Assembly (NCBI GenBank): GCA_965248305.1
Contig: OZ252099.1
Location: forward strand, 4,785,981 to 4,849,980
Length of the DNA stretch: 64,000 nt
Origin: Bryobacterales bacterium
Lineage (GTDB): Bacteria > Acidobacteriota > Terriglobia > Bryobacterales > UBA6623
Reading direction: 5' to 3'
In this document: positions 51,941-60,816 of the stretch, piece by piece
Layout of the letters: the number at the start of each line of letters is the position of its first letter
How positions within the stretch are numbered: position 1 is the first letter of the stretch
Notes under the pieces: generated by a model
What the model was told of the DNA's origin: nothing
Databases searched by the model: none
What the model saw: the letters and a program-made list of their open reading frames with translations, nothing else
Position numbers and translations under genes: made by a program

Positions 51941-52600
51941 GCATGCGGACACGGCGACTTTGTTTGCTGCGGCGATCGTGACTGCTCTCTGCAACGGCGC
52001 CACCAGAGGCTCGTCGAGGTGGCACCAGCGCCCGGACTGTCGAGTGCTGTACGGAGCGGGATGGTCAACGCGCCAGCGTCACTGGCGCAAGCCGCGGGGT
52101 ATCGCAGGTTCGATCATTTTGAGCTCTTGGTCGATGGTGAAGAGTACTTCTTAATAGAGGCCCGCGCCCGGCTGCAGGTTGAACACACGCTCACGGAGGA
52201 AGCCAGCGGGCTAGATCTATTGCAAATTCAATCTTGGCTGGCTCAAGGGCAATCGATGCAGGCCGTGGACGCACAGCACGGCAGCCTCGGCTCGGCCAAG
52301 GATGCGGCCGTACAAGTTCGCGCGAACATGGAGACCATGCAGGCCGACGGCTCGGCCAATCCCAGCGGCGGCACTCTCGGATACGCCGGTTTTCGCCCGA
52401 GTTCAAACTTCGACTCGCTGCTGACGAAGGTCGTCGGCTATGCCTCAGCGGGTGGTCTCGAAGCCGCGATGCGACGCACGGCACGAGCGTTGAGCGACTT
52501 CAGAATCGTTGGCGTCGACACCAATATTCCGTTCCGCCAGGCGCTGCTTGCGCACTGAGAGGTTCGCGCTTAGAACGTGCGCACCCGATTCGTCGACGAG
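51932..52600 (+). pseudogene. Decayed biotin-carboxylase (ATP-grasp) domain gene, split by the IS; small left part at ~50165-50229
   Basis: GHGDFVCCGDRDCSLQRRHQRLVEVAPAP...YFLIEARARLQVEHTLTEEASGLDLL...FDSLLTKVVGYA...IVGVDTNIPFRQALLAH parallels AccC (ERDCSMQRRHQKVVEEAP, FIEMNTRIQVEHPVTE, YDSMIGKLI, IDGIKTNV). In-frame stops occur at 52556, 52571 and 52601. The left flank reads ..AYVDEGSDVK / CQVVAFEG. Confidence 0.75.
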
Positions 52601-53075
52601 TAGATTGAAGAGTCGGTAGCCGCCCAGCCCCGGGGGAGGACGATTCTTCCCCGTCCAGCCACAGCCGGCCCCGCAGGCTGGAATGGCCGGAGCGAGGGGC
52701 GATCCGAACGGTCCGTTGGCGGTGCTCTCGCACGGCAAGTGGGCGGCCAAGGCAAGACCGTCAATGCTGGCGTTGCCTTCGCCTTTGATGACCTGATGGA
52801 TCCGGCTGACAGCCTTCGTTGAATTATGGGGGCCCGTGCGTCCGGACCGCTTCCGTCCGCCCGACCTGGCTAGAAGCGACCCTACGTCGGCGCGTGGTGG
52901 CAACTCTTGGACGGGCTCGCCGGTCGCCCGCCCGTGATTAAACCGGTGGCTGGCGCTAGCCCCATACGCGCTGGTTGAAAGAGTGCCTCTCGAATAGCAG
53001 CGGCAAGAGCCGCATCGTAGGCGGTCCCGTTTCGGTCTCTCCGCCGAACTTGGCCGACGATGGCACGGCTGTGCC

Positions 53076-54563
53076 CTAGGGCAGGGCGTTCCTCCATCCG
53101 CCGCGAAGTTGAGCCGCCAGCGAGTCTACGAGGGCCACGGCCTCGCGACGATCGGCGAGATTTATCGCTTCAATCGGAGACCTCTCCAAGTCGTACAGCT
53201 CTCGGGCCACTACCGTTCTGTCACGGTCTAACCACTCGGTAAACCGAAACTGCTGCGTGCGCATGCTGTAGCCCATGTGAACCCAGTCCTGATCCGCCAG
53301 ATAGGGGCGCGGGATCTGACTGAATGCCGCCTTCTTCCAGTGGCGGCCCGGATCGTCCAGCAACGGGAGCATCGAAATCCCTTCCAAGCCTTCGGGTGCT
53401 TCGATGCCGCACGCTGCGCACAGCGTTGGGTACATGTCGACGAATTCGACGAGTCCCGCACAATTCTTACCGCCAGCAAGCATCCCCGGGACCCTCAGCA
53501 TCATCGGGGCGCGGGCGTCGAGTTCGAAGTTCGTGGTCTTGGCCCACGACGCTTGCTCCCCCAAGTGCCAACCGTGGTCGCCAAACAGGATTATCACGGT
53601 CCTGTCGGCTAGGCCGAGGTTCTCGAGCTCTCGCAACACGCGGCCGACTTGTGCGTCCATATAGCTGGTGGCCGCGTAATACCCGTGGATCAGTTCGCGG
53701 ACCTTGCCCGGTGGGACTGGCCCGTCGGCGGGGATGTCTGTGTACCCGCGCAACTCTTGAAAGCGGGTGAAGGCCACCGCCGGGGCGTCCGCGGGGCGCT
53801 GGGCATCTTCAGGCACCGGCAGCGCGGCGCGATCGTACAAGTCGAAGTATCGCTTTGGCGCCGTAAAGGGCAGGTGGGGCTTTTGAAACCCAACGGCAAG
53901 AAAGAATCGATCGTCTCGCAGGCGGCGCAGCGCGCCCACCGCCCGATCTGCCACCTGGCCGTCTTGCAGGGCATTGTCGGGCACCTCCGGTGCCTGCCAA
54001 GAGGCCAGCTTCTTCCACTCCAGCGTCGGGATGTCGTCACCTGACCATTGCCGGTTGGGATTCTCCCGCCGCATTGCGGCGAAGCGGTCCTCATCGACGT
54101 ACTGCATGCCGGCCTGCCGGCCTCCTGTCGGCCACGCCGGCACGCTCCATGACGGTTGGTCGGCCTTGTTGCCGTGCAGCACTTTGCCGATTGCCTGGGT
54201 GTAGTATCCCGACTGCTTGAAGCGTTGCGGCAGTGTGACCAAATCAGGCATCGTCTCGCGGAAGTGCGTGCGGTTGCCCCACACTCTCGTGGTGTCCGGC
54301 CTCAGCCCCGTAAGCAAGGACGCCCTAGACGGCCCGCAGACCGCTGACTGGCAGTAGGCCCGCTGAAACACTAAGCTGCTGGAAGCGAATCTGTCCAGAT
54401 TCGGCGCCAGGACAAGGTCGTTGCCGTAGCAGCTCAATTCGGGCCGCAAATCGTCCACAGCTAGGAACAGCACGTTGAGGCCGTTGCCAGCTGCCTCGGC
54501 AGGCTGCGCGCCCAAGCCTGTTGAGGCGATGGCGCCCGCGAGGAATCCGCGGCGGTCGATCAT
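53076..54563 (-). CDS. Sulfatase (iduronate-2-sulfatase-like) with TAT leader
   Basis: MIDRRGFLAGAIASTGLGA leader, NVLFLAVDDLRPELSCYG, and the CGPSRASLLTGLRPDTT (C-x-P-S-R) motif. Its ATG overlaps the upstream TGA (ATGA at 54560-54563). Confidence 0.9.
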   Translation of the reverse strand: MIDRRGFLAGAIASTGLGAQPAEAAGNGLNVLFLAVDDLRPELSCYGNDLVLAPNLDRFASSSLVFQRAYCQSAVCGPSRASLLTGLRPDTTRVWGNRTHFRETMPDLVTLPQRFKQSGYYTQAIGKVLHGNKADQPSWSVPAWPTGGRQAGMQYVDEDRFAAMRRENPNRQWSGDDIPTLEWKKLASWQAPEVPDNALQDGQVADRAVGALRRLRDDRFFLAVGFQKPHLPFTAPKRYFDLYDRAALPVPEDAQRPADAPAVAFTRFQELRGYTDIPADGPVPPGKVRELIHGYYAATSYMDAQVGRVLRELENLGLADRTVIILFGDHGWHLGEQASWAKTTNFELDARAPMMLRVPGMLAGGKNCAGLVEFVDMYPTLCAACGIEAPEGLEGISMLPLLDDPGRHWKKAAFSQIPRPYLADQDWVHMGYSMRTQQFRFTEWLDRDRTVVARELYDLERSPIEAINLADRREAVALVDSLAAQLRGGWRNALP

Positions 54564-55999
54564 TGAGTTCGCCCCTCTGGGCGGCGCTGCCATGTGTAAG
54601 TTTCAGGGTCGAAGTCGAAAGCCCTCTTAAGCGGTGCCTGCGGCGCATTCACCCTGGGTAGCCACTGTGCATGCTCTGCGATAACCGCCGCGTTGGCAGC
54701 GTCGCTCGCCAGGTTTGTCCATTCATCGGGATCCGCGCTGTGGTCATAGAGTTCCTCTTCGCCGGAGGCATAGCGGATATAGCGGTAGCGCTCCGAGCGG
54801 ACCGCGTGGTTGTTGCGGCCAAAGGTCATCACTGCAGGACGTTTCCATTCCGCTTCCGGATGCTCGAGCAGTGGTCGCAGGCTCACTCCTTCAAGCTCTT
54901 CCCGCACGGGCAGATCGCACAGATCCACCAGGGTCGGATATAGGCTGATCAGGCTCACCGGTCGGCCGGAGCGCCCACCCGGCGTGCTGACGCCGGGCGC
55001 GATGATCGCTAGCGGCACGTGCGACGATCGCTCCCACAGTGTGTTTTTCGTCAAGTGGTATTTCTCGCCGAAGTGATAGCCATGGTCGGACCAGAGCACG
55101 ACGACAGTGTTTCGCGCGTAAACGCTAGCGTCCAGCGCGTCGAGCACGCGACCGATCAGCGCATCGGCGTGTCGGATGCCGGCCGTGTAGCTGCGCACGA
55201 CGTCGTCCATGTCGCCGTGCTCTAGGATCAGTTCGAGATCGGCGACGCGATAATCGGCCATCTTGCGGCCGGCCGCCGGTATGTCGTCTAGATCGCCGGG
55301 ATTGTCCAACGGGACTGGAGCATCGTCCGCACTCACCGAGTCGTACCACGCCCGCGGAGCGTAGAACGGTAGGTGCGGCTGGAACAGCCCGACCGCCAGG
55401 AAGAACGGACGATCGTGATCCCGAGCCAGAAATTCTTCGGCCCAGCGCACAGTTGCGCCATCGCCCATCTCCATGTCGGTCTTGTCCAATGGGCCCCAGT
55501 CGAAGCTGCTGAGGTGGTCCGGGCGACGATAGGGGATTAGGAAGCCGTCAGTCTTCAAGTCGGTGACGAGGTCGAAGTATTCGTCCCACGACTCGGGAGG
55601 ATTGAAGCCCGGCGTGTGGTGGAAGACTTTGCCGCCGCCCGCCGCATAGTAGCCGTTGTCCTTGAAATAGCGCGGCAGCATCACGACATCCGGCAGGTTT
55701 GGCTTCCACCATTCGCCGTTGGCATAGACGCCCGTCGTCGATGGCCGCAAACCGGACAGGATCGCCGTTCGGGACGGATTGCACTTGGGCGATGGAGCAT
55801 GCGCGTTGGTGAAGAGCGTCCCCCGCTCGCTGAGTCGGTCGATGTGAGGCGTCTTGGCGACCTCGTAGCCGAGAGCGCCGACCCAATCGTTCATGTCGTC
55901 AACGCTCAGGAAGAGCACGTTGGGTTGTGGCAGGGGCGTGGCGGAGCATGCCGCAAATGCCAAGGCAAGCACCGCCATGGTGAATTCAAGAATCCGCAT
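54560..55999 (-). CDS. Sulfatase, probable lipoprotein
   Basis: MRILEFTMAVLALAFAACS lipobox, NVLFLSVDDMNDW, and the CNPSRTAILSGLRPSTTG motif. The ATG at 55999 is chosen inside the ORF that starts at 56059. Confidence 0.9.
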   Translation of the reverse strand: MRILEFTMAVLALAFAACSATPLPQPNVLFLSVDDMNDWVGALGYEVAKTPHIDRLSERGTLFTNAHAPSPKCNPSRTAILSGLRPSTTGVYANGEWWKPNLPDVVMLPRYFKDNGYYAAGGGKVFHHTPGFNPPESWDEYFDLVTDLKTDGFLIPYRRPDHLSSFDWGPLDKTDMEMGDGATVRWAEEFLARDHDRPFFLAVGLFQPHLPFYAPRAWYDSVSADDAPVPLDNPGDLDDIPAAGRKMADYRVADLELILEHGDMDDVVRSYTAGIRHADALIGRVLDALDASVYARNTVVVLWSDHGYHFGEKYHLTKNTLWERSSHVPLAIIAPGVSTPGGRSGRPVSLISLYPTLVDLCDLPVREELEGVSLRPLLEHPEAEWKRPAVMTFGRNNHAVRSERYRYIRYASGEEELYDHSADPDEWTNLASDAANAAVIAEHAQWLPRVNAPQAPLKRAFDFDPETYTWQRRPEGRTQ

Positions 56000-56055
56000 G
56001 CTCTGCTCAAGCCGCTCAGACTGCGGCCGCATCGTGAGTGTACTCAGGGTTGCCA

Positions 56056-57588
56056 TCACCGTTCTACGCTCATGGCCGAGGCTGGCTGGTCTGGGGCAAG
56101 GTATGCGGTGTAGTTCCAGCCCTCGGGCCGCTCGTACTTGCCGTTCTTGAGTGTCGACTCAATCTCGGCCTTCAGCCGGGCGGTGTTGGCCGGATCGAGA
56201 AACGGATCCTCAGTCTGCACACGCCACTGCTGCAGTTTCGCCTTCAAGCGCCGGAAGGTACCCTCGTAGGCCGGGCCGGTAGCGATGTTCGTGAACTCGT
56301 ACGGATCGACGGCTAGGTCGTACAGTTCGTACTCCGGGGGGCTGGCCATGGCTTCGTATGCCATGCGCACTCGCTCGGGCGCGCGGCCCAGCGCTTGCAG
56401 CAGCTCCGCCTCGCCGACAAACTTGTCGATCGTGAAGGCATGGCCGGGGTTGACCGTGTTCGGCATCAGGTTGCGGATCAATTTGTGCCGTCCGTCGCGG
56501 ACAGTGCGTTGCGGGAAGTAGTTGTGGTTCGAGTGCAGGTGAAATTCAGTGAACAGATACTCCCGCCATGCAGTAGTCTGGCCGGCCAGCAGCGGGGTCA
56601 GCGAGCGGCCTGCCAGCCCGGTAACCCCTCGGGCAGCGGCCACTTCCAAGAAGGTCGGCATCAGGTCGAGCGTCGAGACCAGTTCCTCGCGTACTTGACC
56701 CGCCTGCTGTAGGCCCGGCCAGCGGGCGATCAGCGGAATCCGCACTCCGCCCTCATAGGATGTCCGCTTGCCGCGCAGCAGGTCTGCACCGTGATCGCCG
56801 AGATAGACCACCAGCGTGTCGTCGGACTTGCCCGAGGCCGTGAGAGCTTGCAGCAGGTCGCCCACGAACCGATCCAGTCTGCTGACGGAGTTGTAGTAGT
56901 CCGCTGTATCCTTTCGCAGTACCTGAGAGTCGAGCGCCATGTATTCCAGCGGCTCGACATTCGCTCCTTGCAGCGGCCACTCTGGGATGCCGTCCACCTG
57001 TGGCATGAATGGCCGGTGGGCGTCGGGGTAATTCACCGACAGGAAGAACGGCTGCTCTGCCTGCCCCATGAATTCGGCTGCAAGGGCGGCGTAGCGTTCC
57101 ATGCCCTCGCGCTGGAAGTTGGCCGAAGGGATCTTGGCGAAGTCGAAGGGGAACGCGTCGGGTGGGTTGACGTGCAATTTGCCAATGATGCCAGTGCGGT
57201 AGCCGGCTTGCTTGAGGCTGCTCACAATGTTGGGGGTATCGCTGCGATACAGGCCGAATTTCCACGTAGCTAGTCCGATCTGGCCGTTTTGGTGGGGATA
57301 AAGCCCGGTCAACAAGGCTGCCCGCGACTGGCTGCAGCCGGCTTGCGGCACATAGGCATTCTTAAAGCGAACCCCGCCAGCCGCCAGCGCGTCCAAGTGG
57401 GGGGTCGACACGTAGGGCGTGCCGTACGCTCCGATTTCCGGCCCGTTGTCTTCAGAGACGATCAGGAGGATATTAGGCCTCACCGCGAAGCCTGAGCTGT
57501 CGACCTGGCCTGGAATGGAGCAGCTTGCAAGGGCGATGAGAGCGGCCGCCCCGGCGCAAGTACGGGGTGTCATCTCGGAACGCTCCAA
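56056..57588 (-). CDS. Sulfatase (N-sulfoglucosamine-sulfohydrolase-like) with atypical CSQSR active-site motif
   Basis: LIALASCS lipobox, NILLIVSEDNGPEIGAYG, GCSQSRAALLTGLYPHQNG. The Cys codon is at 57334-57336, and the position normally occupied by Pro is Gln. Confidence 0.88.
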   Translation of the reverse strand: MERSEMTPRTCAGAAALIALASCSIPGQVDSSGFAVRPNILLIVSEDNGPEIGAYGTPYVSTPHLDALAAGGVRFKNAYVPQAGCSQSRAALLTGLYPHQNGQIGLATWKFGLYRSDTPNIVSSLKQAGYRTGIIGKLHVNPPDAFPFDFAKIPSANFQREGMERYAALAAEFMGQAEQPFFLSVNYPDAHRPFMPQVDGIPEWPLQGANVEPLEYMALDSQVLRKDTADYYNSVSRLDRFVGDLLQALTASGKSDDTLVVYLGDHGADLLRGKRTSYEGGVRIPLIARWPGLQQAGQVREELVSTLDLMPTFLEVAAARGVTGLAGRSLTPLLAGQTTAWREYLFTEFHLHSNHNYFPQRTVRDGRHKLIRNLMPNTVNPGHAFTIDKFVGEAELLQALGRAPERVRMAYEAMASPPEYELYDLAVDPYEFTNIATGPAYEGTFRRLKAKLQQWRVQTEDPFLDPANTARLKAEIESTLKNGKYERPEGWNYTAYLAPDQPASAMSVER

Positions 57589-57998
57589 TCCGATGGTGGC
57601 TGCCAGCCTTCTGGTGCAGGCACCGGCAGGGCCATAGCGCCCTTGGGCTTGAACTGGCGAGAACGTACGGCCTCCGCGAGCATCTCGGCCAAGATGTCGG
57701 GATGAGAGACGTTCACGTCAGAGGCCTCGTATGGGTCGTTTGAGATACGCACCAGCCCCAGTTTCGCACCTTGATGGGGATCCGCGGTGTGACCCAGATC
57801 CGGCCCCACGCGAGTGAACCTCCATTCGTTCGTGACGGTAGTGTTGCGCTCGCGGCGCTCCGCGTCGGGCACCGTGCAATTGCCCGGAATTGTCTGGACG
57901 GTGAAGTACGAGTGGGACGTAAAGTCATCGCGACCGGCCTTTTCGCCGCACCAGTGGTGCTTTGGACGCACAACACCGGCACTTGGGTTGGAATCCAT
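57570..57998 (-). pseudogene. C-terminal sulfatase fragment (5' part lost at the Tn5-like IS)
   Basis: ...LGLVRISNDPYEASDVNVSHPDILAEMLAEAV matches the usual sulfatase C-terminal LYDL..DP.E..NL...P......L pattern. No catalytic N-terminal half is present; the IS lies upstream. Confidence 0.6.
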
Positions 57999-58095
57999 GC
58001 CAGCGCACTCGTTTTGTGGCTACCCTAGCTGCCGCCACCACCCTGTAGTCGAAAAAAGTGGCCATTCTCGGTCAAGATAGATTGAGGACTAACAC

Positions 58096-59482
58096 TTGGA
58101 CAGTGCAGTGTGGGCGGAGAACGAGTTCTGAGGGGCGGAGTTGGCAGACAAGCGACTGACGGCCCGGCTGGTGCGCGGCGCGGCCTTGCTGGCGGAGTTT
58201 CCGGGGCGCGCGCTCAGCGACGCGGCGGCGGTGGAGGGGTACTACCGCTTCATCGAGGAGCCGGAGGTCAGCGCGGTCACGGAGGAGAGCATCCTGGCAC
58301 CCCACCGGGAGCGGAGCATCCAGCGCATGCGCGGCCAGTCGGTGGTGCTGTGCATCCAAGACGGCAGCGACCTGAACTTCGCGACGCGGCCGGGTTCCGA
58401 GGGGCCGGAGGTGATCGGCCGCAACCAGACGCGCGGCAAAGCGCTGAGGCTGCATTTGCACCTGACCCTGGCGACGACCGCGCAGGGGCTGCCGCTGGGC
58501 GTGCTGCGCTACGGCTTCGGCACGTCGGCCAAGGGCCGCTAGCGGCAAGTCGCGGCGCTGGATCGAGGGCTACCGCGACATCGCGGAGGCGGGGCGCGCG
58601 CTGACGCGCCAGACGCGGCTGATTGCGGTGATGGATCGGGAAGGGGAGTTCTTCGAGTTGTTCGACGAGCAGCGCCGGAACGGCCGGGTTGACATCCTCG
58701 TGCGCGCGAAGCACGATCGCAAGCTCGGGCAGCCAGACGAGAAGCTGTTCGCCGCGATGGCCAGCGGCACCGCCGACGGGCACGTTGAAGTCGAGATTGC
58801 CGGTCTGAGTGCGCGTCCGAAGTCGAGCGGCGAGCAGGCCCGCCCGCCGCGCCTGAAGCGCATGGCGGTGTGTGCACTGCGGCGCCGGCGGCTGACGCTG
58901 CCGGCCACGCGCGCGGGCCAGCAGCCGGTCTGCCTGTGGGGCGTGCATATCGTGGAGAGCGAGCCGCCCGCAGGCGAGGCGGCGATGCAGTGGCACCTGC
59001 TGACGAGCCTGCCGGTCGCCGACGCCGCCTCGGCCGCGGAGATCGTGCGGCACTACCTGCAGCGCTGGCGGGTGGAGGACTTCTTCCGCGTGCTCAAGGC
59101 CGGTTGCCGGGTGGAGCACCTCATCTTCCGCACGGCGGACCGACTGCAGCGCGCGATCGCGATCAACAGCGTGATCGCGTGGCGCATCATGGTGATGACG
59201 CTGCTGGGACGACAGGTTCCCGACTGTGCCGCGGCCCTGATGTTCACGGATCACGAGCTGGGATTTCTCAGCGACTACGCCCGCAAATTCAGCTTGCCCG
59301 GTCCGGACAGCCTCGGCCCGGCGGTGCGCTTGGTGGCCCATCTCGGCGGCTATCGGGATCGGAAACATGACCCTGAACCCGGCAGCCAGCTCATGTGGCA
59401 CGGCTTCGACACCCTGACCAAAGCGACCCTAGGACATCAGATCGGACTAGAAAGCGCTGGGAATCATGCCATCGAACACTAA
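58096..59482 (+). pseudogene. IS4-family Tn5/IS50-like transposase, inactivated (in-frame TGA + frameshift)
   Basis: (TTG 58096) DSAVWAENEF-TGA(58129)-GAELADKRLTARLV... parallels the Tn5 sequence ADWAKSVFSSAALGDPRRTARLV. The frame changes by +1 at ~58535-58544 (..GTSAKGR* then GKSRRWIEGYRDIAEAGRALTRQTRLIAVMDREGEFFELF). The downstream block YLQRWRVEDFFRVLK fits Y-x2-R-x3-E-x6-K. IS termini are not resolved. Confidence 0.85.
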
Positions 59483-59578
59483 GGCGAAATCACGTTGTTC
59501 CGTTAGATTGATGGCTATACGGTAGCGTTCATCGTCGGGTCTGTCTCACAATCGCAGCTGCACATGGCTTTCCACGAC

Positions 59579-59633
59579 CTGACTACCTGTGCCTCTTAGC
59601 CCATAACCATGGTTGCGAGTCACAGGTAGTCAG
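59579..59633. repeat. Perfect 13-bp inverted repeat CTGACTACCTGTG / CACAGGTAGTCAG
   Basis: Arms at 59579-59591 and 59621-59633. The 29-nt loop contains CCATGG. The repeat lies between the Tn5-like pseudogene and the stop (59708) of the small minus-strand ORFs. Confidence 0.9.
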
Positions 59634-59707
59634 GCACCCATTTACGTTGCCTATCAGCTTCGGAGCCAGTCGAGAGGCAACGAGGCGGGCCGAACCGATC
59701 GCTATAT

Positions 59708-59896
59708 TCAGGAGCCAAAGATGAAACTCAGAACACCAGCGAGCACGGCCACAGAAATTGTGCCGAAGAGCGAAATGAACATCCAAAGCATTCTCCTGTT
59801 TGAAGTTTCGTAGGCTTTGAGCGTCGCGTCGATTCGGACGATAGCGATTTTGTTCTCAGCAACAGTCGTCTTGAGTGCATCCAAGGCGGCCATCAT
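59708..59896 (-). CDS. Small protein with C-terminal transmembrane helix (62 aa), in frame with the upstream ORF across a TAG
   Basis: MMAALDALKTTVAENKIAIVRIDATLKAYETSNRRMLWMFISLFGTISVAVLAGVLSFIFGS. The hydrophobic tail is ~23 aa. No family was recognised. Confidence 0.45.
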   Translation of the reverse strand: MMAALDALKTTVAENKIAIVRIDATLKAYETSNRRMLWMFISLFGTISVAVLAGVLSFIFGS

Positions 59897-59902
59897 GGTG
59901 TT

Positions 59903-60151
59903 CTAGGTGGCCTTGAGGGCACCCAGAGTGGCGTGGAGGGCGTCCAGAGCGGCCATCATGGTGTTCTGAGCGGCCTTATTCTCGACCTGCATCGCCTCGA
60001 TCTTGGAGATGATGTTCTCTCCGGCCATGGCCCGTACCTCTTCCACCGCAGTATACGCCAAGGCACTCTCCGAATCGACCTTTCGCAAGAGGCGGTAGAG
60101 CCCGGCTAGGGCTTCGGTATCGTTCTTCGTGATTCCTTGTTTCGTGGGCAT
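59903..60151 (-). CDS. Small predicted coiled-coil protein (82 aa)
   Basis: The ATG at 60151 is preceded by GGAGG at 5-nt spacing. The protein is MPTKQGITKNDTEALAGLYRLLRKVDSESALAYTAVEEVRAMAGENIISKIEAMQVENKAAQNTMMAALDALHATLGALKAT and ends at a TAG (59903-59905). No family was recognised. Confidence 0.45.
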   Translation of the reverse strand: MPTKQGITKNDTEALAGLYRLLRKVDSESALAYTAVEEVRAMAGENIISKIEAMQVENKAAQNTMMAALDALHATLGALKAT

Positions 60152-60609
60152 GTTGTCCTCCTGCCGCCCTGTCCTTGCTTCATTTGAACGACGGACCGTG
60201 TACCTTCTATTGATATTCGTATATGAACTGATATAGATCAACAAACTTGCTGCAATAATTTCGCAAACAGGTCAGGCCAAGCGACTCCTTAGCTCGTGAT
60301 TGCGCGGTGAGCGACAAGCTCGGGCTTCGGAATCAAGCTGGTGGCAAGACGATCACGGCGTGGGAGCATGTGAGCTGACTATGCCCGATGATGTTGCGCG
60401 GTACGTGATGAAAATCCACCGATCACGCGCTGTGTGGCCCACAACAGACAGCAACCACAATATTTTCGATGATTTAACAACTTCGATCTAGTTGACAGGC
60501 AGTTGCTGGAAAGTCGAGTTCGGACTGATATCAACCGACGCGGCTGCGAATGAATGGGGAATTACACCGAATAGTGACTATTTGCCCCTTGACACCGGCG
60601 GCAACACAC

Positions 60610-60780
60610 CTACTTCGCGGACTTCTTGCAGTCCCATTCGTCAAGCTTCGTCTTCTTGGGCGTTGACCTCACAAGCGCCTTCAGCACGTTCTCGAACGTG
60701 TCAGGGATCGGGTCCGGCGTGCGGTACTTCACGGGGCGGCCACGCTTGCGCTTAGATGCTGTTGGCTTCTGCTCTTTCAC
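60610..60780 (-). CDS. Possible 56-aa basic AT-hook-like protein (not in supplied ORF track)
   Basis: My own translation gives (GTG 60780) VKEQKPTASKRKRGRPVKYRTPDPIPDTFENVLKALVRSTPKKTKLDEWDCKKSAK, ending in TAG at 60610-60612. It is in the same frame as the 944-aa gene, starting 12 codons after that gene's TGA. Confidence 0.4.
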   Translation of the reverse strand: MKEQKPTASKRKRGRPVKYRTPDPIPDTFENVLKALVRSTPKKTKLDEWDCKKSAK

Positions 60781-60816
60781 TACCGTCGCCTTATCGTCGT
60801 GCGTGTCATCTTGTTC

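Noticed and set aside
58020-58095. Search for terminal inverted repeats of the Tn5-like IS (for example CTGTAGTCGAAAAAAGTGG at ~58043)
   Set aside because: I found no convincing reverse-complement partner downstream of 59482, so the IS boundaries are left undefined.
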